Shown here piece by piece: positions 11,405 to 24,555 of a stretch of 64,000 bases of DNA. The DNA is from Octopus sinensis. Its lineage: Eukaryota. Below the pieces are notes generated by a model. The model searched no databases and was not told where the DNA came from. It worked only from the letters and a program-made list of their open reading frames with translations. Numbering within the stretch: the first letter of the stretch is position 1; every line of letters starts with the position of its first letter. The position numbers and the translations under genes are program-made. The DNA lies in NCBI RefSeq assembly GCF_006345805.1, contig NC_043009.1, positions 43,090,001 to 43,154,000 on the forward strand, read 5' to 3'.

Positions 11405-11502
11405 GTTTCTTATGGCAGTAGATACTCTAAAATTGGAATGATACAGCAAAGATTAGCATGGCCCCTGCACAAGGATGACATGCAAATTTGTGAAGCATTC
11501 TA
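11405..11502 (+). pseudogene. U6: U6 snRNA retropseudogene
   Basis: GGCAGTAGATACTCTAAAATTGGAATGATACAGCAAAGATTAGCATGGCCCCTGCACAAGGATGACATGCAAATTTGTGAAGCATTC aligns with U6. The ACAGAGA box is mutated, several CpGs have decayed, and there is no terminal U-run. Confidence 0.95.
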
Positions 11503-11564
11503 CGGCAGTGCCCCAGCATGGCCACAGCTCATGAGCTGAAACTGGTTCAATTCAATTCAGTTCA
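11503..11564 (+). mobile_element. CR1/L2-group LINE 3' tail fused to U6
   Basis: GGCAGTGCCCCAGCATGGCCACAGCTCATGAGCTGAAACT plus (TTCAA)n. It matches the 3' end of the LINE at 43990-44310. Confidence 0.85.
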
Positions 11565-11959
11565 TTGAATGGTTCTGGAGGTCCAGTAGAGTAAAATAGG
11601 AATCAAAATGGTCAATAGGCAAAAAATGGTTGCAAACCACTGGGGTAGAGCCATGCAGTTGATCAAAGAATTATGCCTCTCCCACCAATACCGTATCTTC
11701 TGCGTGGTCTCAGTGCATGATACTCCACCCACTTCAGCGAGAGATCTGTCGTTTGTTTGGGGTTGAAAGAAATCTGGAACATAACTGGTACTGAAGTAGG
11801 ATTATAATGAGACAGGGCTGCATCAAATAATCCTCTTTCACTTCCTCATCTCTAACTTGTTCTTGGATCACTGGCAAGGCTAGACAAGAAAGTCGGAGGC
11901 ATATTGAGAATGCATGGAACCATGGAGATTCATTGCAGTCTCATGATATAATTGGATGA

Positions 11960-12007
<48 letters not shown>

Positions 12008-12008
<1 letters not shown>

Positions 12009-12185
12009 GTTGCTTAACGTCCGCTTTCCATGCTGCCATGGGTTGGATGGTTTGACATGGAGCTGACCAGCAGGAAGCTGTGCAGACTCCAGCTACCTCT
12101 TTTGATATGGTTTCTATGGCCAGATGTCCTTCCTGATGCCAACCACTTAACAGAGTGTGCTTGATACTTTTTACATGCCAGCAGC
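12008..12185 (-). mobile_element. RTE-type 3' tail fragment with (CAT)n
   Basis: TTAACGTCCGCTTTCCATGCTGCCATGGGTTGG preceded by (CAT)n. Confidence 0.75.
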
Positions 12186-13060
12186 ATCTTCTGGATGAAA
12201 AATCATCATGAGGAGACAGTGGATTGAACCTATAACAGAAGAGGAAGACAAGAAAGATGTAAAAGGCATAAGTAGAAAGAGGTTTTGATCTCAGGATGCT
12301 GAAGTTCACAGACAAGATAATTAAGAGTCATCAATTAAGAGTCATCACTATGGAGTGCAGAGGACATCTCCAATGAACATTAATGAATAGCTGTCAAAGG
12401 CATGGTATTGGTGGTGGTAAAAGAGGTAGTGATGGTGATGATGATGATGATGATTAAAATCATGATTGTGATGGTGCGAATGAATCTGGTAAAGATGATT
12501 ACAAAAAGGAAGAGGGGGAAGGGAAGAGGAGGAGAATGACAAGGAAGATAACCAAACAGCCCATCAAGGGTTCATTATATTTTACCTCAAATCTTTTCTA
12601 GCCTTGTATGGTATAAATCCCAAAAGCATTAACAGGAACAAAATGATTCCTAATCCAAACACCATCATCAGCATCATCACCACTACCATCACCACCACCA
12701 ACAATAACCAATAACAACAGCTGAAGTAACTCCACCCTTACTACCCACTATACACCTCCCACTTGCAGGAAAAAAAAACAAAAAAAATAAGAACCAGAAT
12801 GACATGAACCCCTCACCAACACCCCAAGTTAATAATCACAGGTTCTCAAAGATCCAAATAAACTTACCAACCTCTGTTATAACCAATGGCATGTGAGAAA
12901 GTGAACATTTTCATTCCAAGACATAGAAGAAATTTGTGAATGATTTAAATATGATATAACCAAGATTTTCTGGTGAGTTTAAAGAAAGAAATAAAACAAA
13001 TAATAAGAAATAAACAGAAATCTTTTGAGCCTAGAATTAAGCATTTGTAATGTTCCATTG

Positions 13061-13097
<37 letters not shown>

Positions 13098-13171
13098 CGC
13101 ACACAGACACACATGTAGAGAGATATATTTATATTCATGTGCGCATGTATGAATATATGTATGTATGTATG

Positions 13172-13204
<33 letters not shown>

Positions 13205-13425
13205 GTATAATTATATAAATATACAGGTAGATATATGTGCATATATATAATAAGCACACAAGTGCATTTATAATGTATATGATGATGACATTTATATTTA
13301 TATAATATAAATAAGTATATGTGTATACATATATATATATTATACATATATATATATATATATATATACATGCTATATATATATATAACATATATACATA
13401 TACATGCAGATACCTATAACATTAG

Positions 13426-13462
<37 letters not shown>

Positions 13463-14714
13463 AATATATATATGCATGTATACACACACAGGGAAAAAGA
13501 TATATTAGCGAGTGTACATGTATATTATATATATATATATATAGGTCTGTTGATAAGGTAGGGGGTGTAATGAGCTAATTTCACTTACTTCCTAGTGGGT
13601 GGGGAGCATGCAGTGGGGTAGGAGGCACAGGGATTGGGATGAGGGGGAAGGAAGGGGCTGGTTTTGCTACTGGGTCATATTTGACAGGTTTGAGAAAGCT
13701 TCTGATAACATCACAGCTTCACTTTGAAGTTTTCCACCTGAATAAATAGTCTTAGATTGAGGGTGCATGGTGGGGGGTGGGGGCGGGGCGCGGAGGTAAC
13801 AGAGAACTATTGGTATTTGGCAGTGTTGGGTAGATGCAGGACGGTCGGTATGTGTGTGTGTGTGTGTGTGTGTGTGTTGTGTGTGTTGCTGCTTGGTGTA
13901 AAGTGCTTGCAGTAAAACTTGTATATTGCAGAAGCATATATATAAATAAATGAAAGAACAAAAAAAAAACACATTTTAGTTTTCAGGAGTGTTGTATGTT
14001 GGATGAAGCAGTTCAGAAAATGGATTGCAAGATGCTGCTGTGAAGAACGGAGTTCATGGAAGTATAGAGAGACAGAGAGAGTGGGAAAAAGAGAGAGAGG
14101 GTGGGAGAAATAAAGTAAAAACAGAAAGCAAAGCGCTACAGTTCAGTGAAGAAACAGTGTGCAAGAGAAAGGATGTTCCTTTTCTGAAGCAAATATAATT
14201 TCAGAAAAATATACGAAATAAAAATATAATTTATATAAAATAATGATTAAAACAAAACCGACTTCTCTCCACAAAAACGTAAAAAAAAAAAAAATAGGCA
14301 AGTCAACCAAGAACTACGACAGCAATGAAAACCAAATAGCTTTGAGAGAAATATTGAAGTGCAATCTTTCATAGTACCTGTCATATGTAAATGACTCTTG
14401 TATTATTTGTGTATGCACCAACGACCACTCGGTTCAAAGTCTCCCTTGACCACAAGTGGCCTGAACTCTTTACATGAACACCACCCTATACATAACTCCA
14501 TGTCCCCCTACATGGCCTTGCTTTTTGCTTTTTGAGCCAAAAATTAACTAACTAACTAACTAAAAGTGAAACAAGAGAGCATCTTCAAACCAATGACCAG
14601 CCAAAGACCTGGTCTTTGGTTTAATGATATTCTCTTGGCTGAGCAGCATGGTGAATTGTCAACATAATGTCACAACAGAGTGGAGCCTGATAAAGGCACT
14701 CTAGGGGCCAAGTT

Positions 14715-14950
14715 AAAGCTTTTTTCTTGAGTCATGTTGACTCATAAGGGCCGGTTTCCCGGTTTCAATAGTGTGTAAATTCCCCACCTGGACAGGGCAC
14801 CGGTTTACATTGCAGGTTTACTCATTTTTGCCAGCTGAGTGGACTGGAGCAACATGAAATGAAGTGTTTTGCTCAAGAACACAACACGCCACCCAGTCAA
14901 GGAATCGAAACTGCTTTCTTATGATCATGAGTCCAATACCTTAACCACTA
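14715..14950 (-). mobile_element. tRNA-derived SINE, family D (CORE-like central box)
   Basis: Minus strand: TTTAGTGGTTAAGG..GTTTCGATTCC head, then GTGTTCTTGAGCAAAACACTTCATTTCATGTTGCTCCAGTCCACTCAGCTG. Related copies at ~54060-54240 and 63862-64000. Confidence 0.75.
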
Positions 14951-15864
14951 AATCATGTGGCACCCAGGTGCCAAGTGGTGATGGTGAAACTAGGCAATGG
15001 ATCGAGTCCACTATGGTGGGATTTGAACTCAGAAAACAAAGATTTGAAACTAATATTACAAAACATTTAGTTTGATATTTTTGAAGTTTAATCCATGTGA
15101 TAAATTAAATTTGCCGCACCTGTAGACCACAGCAGGATTTGAACTCAGAACAAAAAGAGCTGGAACAAAAAATGCAAAGCATCCAGTCTGGTGTTCTTAA
15201 ACTTCTGCCAATTTACTAGCCTGGATTGATGCATTTTTATCGTCCCTGAAATGAAGAAAGAAAAGTAGATCTCAGTAGGGTTTAAACTGTTATTTCTAGT
15301 AAGTCAAACATTTGTATGGAGGTCCTTTCATTGGTCTGTATCAAGACATTAATTAATATGTGTTGACCCATTTGACATCACCAAAAAGAAGTAAACATTA
15401 TGGCTTATGGAGACTCTTATAGAATCACACAAATTGTTAGAAATAGTTGTAAAATCTCACTTAGATCACACAGCAACAACTAAAACAATGATGTGATTTG
15501 ATAACAGGCAGATTTTTTTGAGATTTTTTTTTTCTCGGTGCCTTTGGAAATAATCTGGAGCATCTTTTTAACAAAAAAAAACGTTTGATGTTTGATAAAT
15601 TTTTTAATCCCCCTTCCTTCCTCCCATTTTCCCTTCTTTGAACCGATTTTGGGCACTACGTACGATGATTTTTAGGGGGCACTGCACACTTAAAAACCAT
15701 AGGAGGAGCTTTTTCGACCCATCCCTGACATCCACCAAAATAACAATTGCATAACGTGCTCCGCAGTGAGATTGAACTCCTAACTATATAGTTGCAAAAC
15801 AAACTTCTTAACTATAAAGCCATACCTAGACCCTATATATAGCTGTCGATATACATGAAGCATT

Positions 15865-16100
15865 AGGTCGGCAAGCTGGCAGAAACCTTAGCATGCCGGG
15901 CGAAATGCGTAGCCGTATTTATTTCGTCTGCCGTTACGTTCTGAGTTCAAATTCCACCGAGGTCGACTTTGCCTTTCATCCTTTCGGGGTCGATAAATTA
16001 AGTACCAGTTACGCACTAGGGTCGATATAATCGAATTTATCCGTTTGTCTGTCCTTGTTTGTCCTCTCTGTGTTTAACCCCTTGAGGGTAGTAAAGAAAT
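15865..16100 (+). mobile_element. tRNA-derived SINE, family C (tail 1)
   Basis: GCAAGCTGGCAGAAA..GAGTTCAAATTCC..GGTCGACTTTGCCTTTCATCC..GATAAATTAAGTACCAG..AAAGAAATA. Many copies and fragments occur in the window. Confidence 0.85.
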
Positions 16101-19100
16101 AGATATATATAAAGCATTGAACGGTCATTGATGGAACGTTTTTGATCGCTGGAGCTAAACGACAACCGCAACCACAGCAAATCTTATGACTAGTTAGCAA
16201 CTGATGACAGAGGAAACAGGAAAAGGATGGGAACCGTACAAGAGATGGCGTTGGCAAAGGCAAAAATAAATGAATGAATAAGGAGAACATAAGAACACCT
16301 ACATATACATGACTGTACCTCTAAGATTAATAAATGGAACACTGTTTAAGAGATTTCGATTTCAACAGGATTTGAGATGGAAACCTAAGCCAGGAAATCT
16401 GCTAGTATCACTTCTAAGCACAAAGTTACCAGAACCACATAACCACTCCTTATTTTACCATTTCCTCCGGCTGACTAATTCATTAAATAGCCACTATTTT
16501 CCAACCTAGGAATGTATATTAAATGGATTCTGTCAAATGTGCAACAGGAAGTTGCATAAAAAAGAAACCAGTGCAAGAGAGAGAGAGAGGCAGAGAAAAG
16601 AAAGAAAGGAAGGAAGGAAGAAAGAAAGGCTTCTGAGCCTTTTAAGGCGTCGTCATCATCACCATCATCATTGCCATTACCATCGTCTTCATCCATGAAC
16701 TTGGTCGTCATTACCATAGACCGGTACTACTTAAGAAGAGTGGTCCCGGTGCACACACTCGCATACTCGCGCATCCGCGCTAGCTAGTCGTGACTAATCG
16801 ATCCTTTGTGTTTTTGTGTTTTATTAACTTTGTTTTAAAAAAAATTATTTATTTAGTATTTTATTTACTTTGCTAGGTAGTCGTTGTAGGATCGACTAGT
16901 CACGACTATCAAGCGCTATTTAGGGATGAAAATTTTGTGAGGTTGCTTTAGTGTAGTGGTTAGCACAGCTATGCGGGTTTACAACAGGAGTGGCGTTTAA
17001 ATCCTACAGCCGATATTACAACATTTTCCGTATTCTGCAGTATGCATATATAAGTGTGTACGCATATGTGTTTATGAGGGAGTTTGAATATGTATACATA
17101 AATATATACATTTGTATATACAAATGGGAGACATTGCATATAGTAGAGTTTATTTAAAGCTCATGAGTAACTCTATAGCTACTCAGAGTTTCTCCTATCT
17201 TCCAGAAGAAGATGTATTGGTAAGCTGGTGGTGTGTGGGCCGGTATCACACACAAAAGACATGGAACATCAAATTGGCTGATTTTTACAGGTCAGCTCTG
17301 GCCAGTTAATAAAGCATCTGGTTAACATAGGCCTGGTGTGACTGCTGATGGTTAAGTAAGGGTGAATTTCTGTTGATATTTTAGACAAAATATTAGATTT
17401 CATTAATTTAGAAGCAAAAGAAATTAGAAAAAGCATAACTATAGACGAAAGAATTGACGTTTTAGAATTACATACATACGTTACTTTTAAGGACCATGGA
17501 CCATAAAGCAAATGCTTTGAGCAATCCATCTGGTAGGCGTATCAACCCCACTAAAAGTCAATTAGCTATCTTTAATGAAAAAATATTCTAGACAAAATAA
17601 TACTTGAAATTAACGAAGTTTTCATTCAATAAGCAAAGAATAATAGTATTTGATTATGAACTGTTTCAATAGTATAAACAATAAACAACCAATATAAATT
17701 TACATGAATTGATATTATTGATTACTACCCCTTCATTGCCGAAACTTATTTACTGAAAGAGCTAATTTTCATTAACAATCATTTATCGATTAGTGAATCT
17801 GATACTAATGACTTTTCCTAGACAATCTCGCTTATCTTTTGACGATATCTTGTGAGTAATGAAAAATAGTATTCTTTCTCTATGATTCAACAGGGGCTCG
17901 AAAATTCTGCTGAAATTTCGAAATAATTTTTATATTTTACAGCTAGCCTATAATAAATACACTTTTTTACGAGGTCTATTATTCGACAATGATGAGCTTA
18001 TGACAGCATAGCACGATCAGCGCACATAAAAGATAACAAAGCCTATTCAAATGTGAAGTTGTATAAACCACGCAATATGTCATTTAAATGGTAAATGTTT
18101 GATCTTGTCTTTTAGAGCCGAAACGTGCCACCTGCTTATGAACCAATTGTTGAGAAATATATTGAATTAATTGAGGTATACTCGAAATAAGAATACATTC
18201 TACACAGAGGGTATAACTGTGCACACTACTTTATCAAAATGTATTTGGGATTATAAAAACTATTTATACATATTTCAGCATCAAAAAGAAAATTTTAGAC
18301 CGCATAAAAGCTGATGATCACAATGTGGAATTTATGCTTTATACATTCAGGAGAAACATGCTGCTTTATTTCATAATGGAAATACACTCAACAGAAATCC
18401 GGAATGAATCATATTTTGTAGTCATAAACCTTCATTTCTAGTAATGAATTATATGATCACTCATTGTCGATTATATATTAAAACTCCATAGAGTTATTTC
18501 CCCTATTCATTATCAACATACTTTTGCACGTCGATAATTTTATATCTTTATAAGTTCATATTTAATGCCTCACAATTATCATTCACAGGGCTGTTTTATA
18601 TTAAGATGATATACGATCGTTCTAAAACAATTTTATTTCTTTTTCATTTCCTTTTCTCATTTTCTTATTTTGTTATTCTTTCATTTTTACATGTATCGTT
18701 TATATAAATTTTCTTTAAATTGGTATATTATATAACGATGTCATCTCATTATCTTTTAATTTATTTTTTGGTAATTTATCTTCTTTTTATTTCAATTTCT
18801 ACTTATATGTACATATTTTTATTTACATAAATCGTTAATAAAGTTTATATTTAAATCAATATATTATATGATCGTTCCAAAACTCTTACATTCTTCTCTT
18901 TTCCTCTTCTTTTTTTATTTCTTTTTACTTCGCTTTCTTATTAGTTTCCACGTTTTTCAGTTTTACATTTTTTATTGATTATTTTTACCTTTGACATTCG
19001 TAAGCGTACTTCAAACTTTAATTATTTAAGATCCCAACAAATTACAAATTTATTTTGAAATATTTTGTAATATTCCAGTATCCTGTAAAAGCGTGCATAT

Positions 19101-19112
19101 ATATATATATAA

Positions 19113-19180
<68 letters not shown>

Positions 19181-19182
<2 letters not shown>

Positions 19183-19345
19183 TCTTTTACTTGTTTCAGT
19201 CATTTGACTGCGGCCAAGGTGGAGCACCGCCTTTAGTCGAACAAATCGACCCCAGGACTTATTCTTTGTAACCCTAGTACTTATTCTATCGAACACTTTT
19301 TCTGAACCGCTAAGTTACGGGACGTAAACACACCAACGTCGGTAC
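19181..19345 (-). mobile_element. 5'-truncated family A SINE
   Basis: Family A tail and 3' body next to a (TA)n tract. Confidence 0.8.
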
Positions 19346-19408
19346 GGGGACAAACACAGATACACACACATATATATATGTGTGTATATATACATACACA
19401 CACACACA

Positions 19409-19443
<35 letters not shown>

Positions 19444-19554
19444 CAGTGGCTTAACATATTTTTAAAAATCCGAAGATTAAAAATTGTGTTACATACAAAA
19501 TTTAGAGGACTGACCACTAAAAGTGGACAGCCTATATGCTAAACATAGACGTCC

Positions 19555-19900
19555 AATCGCCTTTACCACGAAGAATGTGTTCTCAAAAGAAATCTCAGCA
19601 AAAACCAAAATGTAAAAATAAGCAAGGCAAACGAAAATATACGAAATAGAAAACGATTACCTATGTACAATTGGTTTCACTTGTTACTATTTACGTAGCT
19701 GGACACGCAAACATCTGCAAGATCATCAGCATAGTCTCTCGTTTACAAAAACACAATTTCCAGAACTAGACACAGAACGCTCAACCGAAGTCCAACATGC
19801 ATAAAGTTCTACAAATTATATTTAGATGTATCTTTTCAAATGCTCTCACTTTGGCGCACTGAGATTGGAATCTACTCTGTAGTTAATGAACTACATATAT
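19555..19900 (+). mobile_element. Degenerate PLE GIY-YIG region
   Basis: In-frame reading with stops: IAFTTKNVFSK..KIYEIENDYLCTIGFT..RKHLQDHQH, resembling the PLE linker/GIY..YIG layout. A hammerhead follows immediately. Confidence 0.55.
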
Positions 19901-19940
19901 ATATATATTGATTAAACCTCACTAAGTTAAATATTTCAGT

Positions 19941-20003
19941 CACCTGAAGAATGACTGTAACTCGAATTTTTACGAATTGGACAGCCATGAAACGATCGTA
20001 GTG
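19941..20003 (+). ncRNA. Minimal type I hammerhead ribozyme (PLE-type)
   Basis: CAC-CTGAAGA-ATGACTGT..ACAGCCAT-GAAAC-GATC-GTA-GTG: intact core, 8-bp stem II with one mismatch, palindromic stem III ACGATCGT, GUA site, 3-bp stem I. Confidence 0.75.
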
Positions 20004-20135
20004 TTATACTAATTATCTTTTTTTAATAATTTTGATATATATTTAAAATAATATAAATTAATTAATCTTATGTATTGGCTTAAGTTTTTCATTGTATGAT
20101 TTGCCTAATAGTGGTTTTATCTCTAATATAATATA

Positions 20136-20312
<177 letters not shown>

Positions 20313-21351
20313 TATATATATATATATATATGTAGGCATATGTATGTATATATGTTCTTCGTTGACTGAAAAAGATAATATTTAGAATTGCTATCATGAA
20401 ATTTCAGTTTCTAGAGTTGGATATTATATTACTTGAAATATTAATAGTGAGCACATGATTTCCCTTTTTCATTATGTATTGTTCTTGTATTTTATTTGAT
20501 TTAGGCACTGAACTGCAGCTATGCTGTAGCACCACCTTTAATGGTCTAAGTCGATCATAGTGACTCAGGTGCTCATTTCATGATCGAGTATTTGCAATTG
20601 CTTAAAAGTGAGTGCAATGCAAAATTGGAAATAAAGAAAGACAAAACAGATCTTCAAATTTTTATCAGGTATTTCAATATTTCGGGATTAAAAGCTCTTT
20701 GTCTTCCTGGTAGTTTTTCTCACATTTTTTTTTTGGGGGGGGGGGGATGATAAATGCCTGGCTAGTATTAATTTTCTCATGATAACTAATTTGCTTCCTG
20801 CAGTTTGAATCTATAGGAAATTGATAGTATCAGTATATTAATGAATATTGCCTCCTTGATCCCCAAATTCCCTTTGTTCTATTGCCATAATGATATTTGT
20901 TACTTAAGTGGTACAGTTATCTGCTCATATTCCTTGACGTGCATATGCAGTTTTCGGGTACCTATATTGCAGTCTATTTGAGACACTATATAGGCTTTTC
21001 AACATATATCCACATGAATGACAGGACAGTTGATCACTTTAAACACATCGTTGCTCACTGTTAAATAATTTCCAGACTGGAATTTCCGCCATTTCATCTT
21101 AACAAAGGTGTTTACATTGCAAAATATTGAAAGATAAATAAACATTTAAACTACTGTTCGGAGTTTTTGTAAATTCTGCCTTGTTTCCCTTTACTTCCAG
21201 CCTGCATTGTACAAGCTTTTACGCAATCTTAACTCTCTCCTTTATTCTTTCTCGTTATGTGTACGCATGTGTGTGCATAAATATATGCATGTATAAGCAT
21301 GTATACACACACATATATACATATAGTCATATATATTTAGATTTATATGTA

Positions 21352-21795
21352 CGATGGTGAGTCAAAAAGTTATGCCATTTTGTTTAGGACAGGTATAATT
21401 AGCAACACAGGAACATGTATCATACATCAAAATGAAGTTGGTCCTCTGTGGATCACATCCCTACTTCTCAACATAGTCACTGTTTGTTTCAATAGCAATG
21501 TTCTACCTTCAAATGAAAGCAAGTATCCCTGCCCCGTAAAATTCTGTTGACTGGAATAATGTTTGCCTTGTCACTGGAATAATGTTTGCCTTGTCACTGG
21601 AATAATGTTTGCCTCTCAAACCCTCTTTCATGAGGCTGAAGAGATGATAGTCTGAAGGTGCTAAATTATTCCAGTGACAAGGAAGTGAAATCTGTAGTGA
21701 AGAAGTGGCTCAAAGAACAGAATTTTATGGGGCAGGGATACATGCTCTCTTTCGAAGGTGGAACATTGCTATTGAGAGAAACAGTGACTATGTAT
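21352..21795 (+). mobile_element. Deleted mariner element (5' TIR plus transposase C-terminus)
   Basis: TA|CGATGGTGAGTCAAAAAG TIR. Peptides YSSDKEVKSVVKKWLKEQ and FYGAGIHALFRRWNIAIERNSDYV. An internal 23-bp unit is repeated ~2.8 times (21550-21613). Confidence 0.8.
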
Positions 21796-21929
21796 ATAGT
21801 ACACGTACATCTTGTTGTTTGTTCATACATATCTGCTTATACCGACTGTATTATATACTGGTAGATATAAGGGTATCACACTTAGTGAGAGTATCTATGT
21901 TTGCATGTGTACATATGGTCTTGTGCTTT

Positions 21930-22320
21930 TATGTCACTGTGTGCTTGAAGCTAATAGTGTGGCACCTTGGGCAAGTGTCTTCTACTATAGCCTCGGGCCG
22001 ACCAAAGCCTTGTGAGTGGATTTGGTAGACAGAGACTGAAAGAAGCCCTTCATATATATGTATGTATGTATGTATGTATGGATGGATGGATGGATGGATG
22101 GAGGGATGGATGTATGTATTTGTGTGTCTGTGTTTGTCCCTCCACCATCGCTTGACAACCAATGTTGTTGCATTTACATCCCCATAACTTAGCCGTTTGG
22201 CAAAAGAGACCGATGGAATAAGCATCAGGATTACAAAGAATAAGTCCAGGTGTTGATTTCTTCAATTAAAAGGCAGTGCTCCAGCATGGCCAAAAATAAA
22301 ATGACTGAAACAAGTAAAAG
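21930..22320 (+). mobile_element. Family A SINE (head partly lost)
   Basis: GTGGCACCTTGGGCAAGTGTCTTCTACTATAGCC..tail GACTGAAACAAGTAAAAG. Confidence 0.85.
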
Positions 22321-22499
22321 TGTAAAAGTATATATATGTTTGTATGAATATAAATAAGTATGTCTGTATGTTTTTCTTAATATGTGATGCATATATTTTG
22401 TGAGAGCGTTCAATACATGAGTTGATATTTAAATTATATGTGACTGAATATGCATGTATTTATGTGTATATCTATCTAAAAGAGCAAGCAGGGAAAGCT

Positions 22500-22563
22500 A
22501 TACATGTACATTCATATATATATATACACATGTGTGTGTGTGTATATATATATATACATGTGA

Positions 22564-22595
<32 letters not shown>

Positions 22596-22625
22596 GTGTG
22601 TGTGTGTATATAATATATATACATG

Positions 22626-22668
<43 letters not shown>

Positions 22669-22775
22669 GTGTGTGTGTGTATATATATATATACATGTGA
22701 ATATATATATATATATATACACATGTGTGTGTGTGTATATATATATATACATGTGAATATATATATATACATGTG
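22500..22775. repeat. Higher-order compound microsatellite array
   Basis: About 4 copies of ACATGTGA(AT)nACACAT(GT)n(AT)n. Confidence 0.85.
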
Positions 22776-23145
22776 CATGTATTTATATGTATCTATGTAT
22801 GTATATACACACACATATATATACATATATACATATATATATATGCATATGCATGCACATGTATACATAGGGAAAGAAAGAGAAGAGGAGAATATACAAA
22901 GAAAAAGAAAGCAAGTGAAAGAATGTGCCAGTGTATATATATATTATGTGTGTATATGAAACTACATTTCGCTGTGTGTTTATGAACATGTATCCATTCA
23001 AACATGTATGTAAGAGAATACATGAGAACAACACAGGGAATAAATAAATAAATAAATAAATAAATGCTTTCATACATTAATGCTTGCTCTTCTGTGTGAA
23101 TGTGTGAGTGAGCACATGTATGCATGTGTGTGTATGTGTTTGTAT

Positions 23146-23177
<32 letters not shown>

Positions 23178-23510
23178 TTCTGGCAAATTAAATTAAAAGT
23201 GATTATAAGAAATTAAGCGATATTCTAATTACATATATAATTACAGTTTACACTGATATGGAATAATCAAATTCTGCTCTGAACATTACAAGGTGTCATG
23301 TGACAAATTGGCCCACTGCTTGATGGTGAATTTGAGCTGTTGTTGTTCTTATTCTTACAAGTCTTTTTACATGCACACACACACGTGTTCCTATATGTGT
23401 GCATGTGTGTTGGTGTACAAGAAAAATACATATAAATATATGCTTATATCTGTATGTGTGTGTGTGTATATGAGTATATATGTGTTTGTATGTATGCATT
23501 TATGTGTATG

Positions 23511-23557
<47 letters not shown>

Positions 23558-24555
23558 ATATATATATATATGTATATGTATGTGTGTATGTATTTATAAA
23601 TATATATATGTATTTATGTGTATGTGTATATATATACATACACACATTGAGAGAATGAGAGAGAGATAAATAAATAGATACGTAGATATATATATATGTA
23701 TGTGTATATAAGTATATATGTGTGTGTGTATATATATATATATGCATACATACAAACATACACACACACTCACATTCACATTCACACACACACATACACA
23801 TTTACACACACATGCCCACACACACTCACACATATTTATGTCTTTGTCATGCCTGATTAAATTCACTCAGTTCTCTTCAGAAAATTATTGGTAACAGGAA
23901 AAACATCCAACCATAAACATAAGGCCAAACCATACCCAAAATTAGGAAACAAGGGCTGGACTCCCTAAGCTACTTCCCAGATGATTGATCTAGGATGGTG
24001 GATAATAACTCTAAATAAGGAATGATACAGATCATAAAGGACACTTCAGTCCTTCTTGCTTGAGACAATAGTATATTTAACTGCCACAGATTTAGTCATA
24101 AACGTGCATAGTCTAGTGGTTAGAATATTGGTTTTAAATTTTGGCACATGGCTGGTAATTTTGGGGAAGGGTGTTAGTCAATTATATCAACCCCAGTATT
24201 CAACTGGTATTTATTTCATCGACCTTGAAAGGATGAAAGGCAAAGTCGACCTTGGTGGAATTTGAACTGAGAACGTAAGGACGGATGAAATGCCGCTAAA
24301 CATTTTGTCTGGCATGCTAATGATTCTGCCAGCACCCCGCCTTTTAACCACAAATAATGGTTTCATATTGTAGTACAAAGGTCAGCAACTGGAGAAGTTA
24401 GTCGATTGCATTGACCCCACTGCTCAACTGGTACTTAATTCATTGACCCTGAAAACAATGAAAGGCAAAATCTACCTTGCAATCATCAGCTCAATACCAT
24501 AACCACTAAGCCACATGCTTTCACTGTGTGTGTGTGTGTATATATGTATGTGTAT

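Noticed and set aside
11405-11502. Functional U6 gene
   Set aside because: The ACAGAGA box is altered, CpGs have decayed, there is no oligo-T terminator, it is fused to a LINE tail, and no PSE/TATA was recognised upstream.
21059-21092. Minus-strand ATGGCG..ACA|GTGAGC mini-exon (MAEIPVWKLFN)
   Set aside because: Only 34 nt, no homology and no linked downstream exon found.
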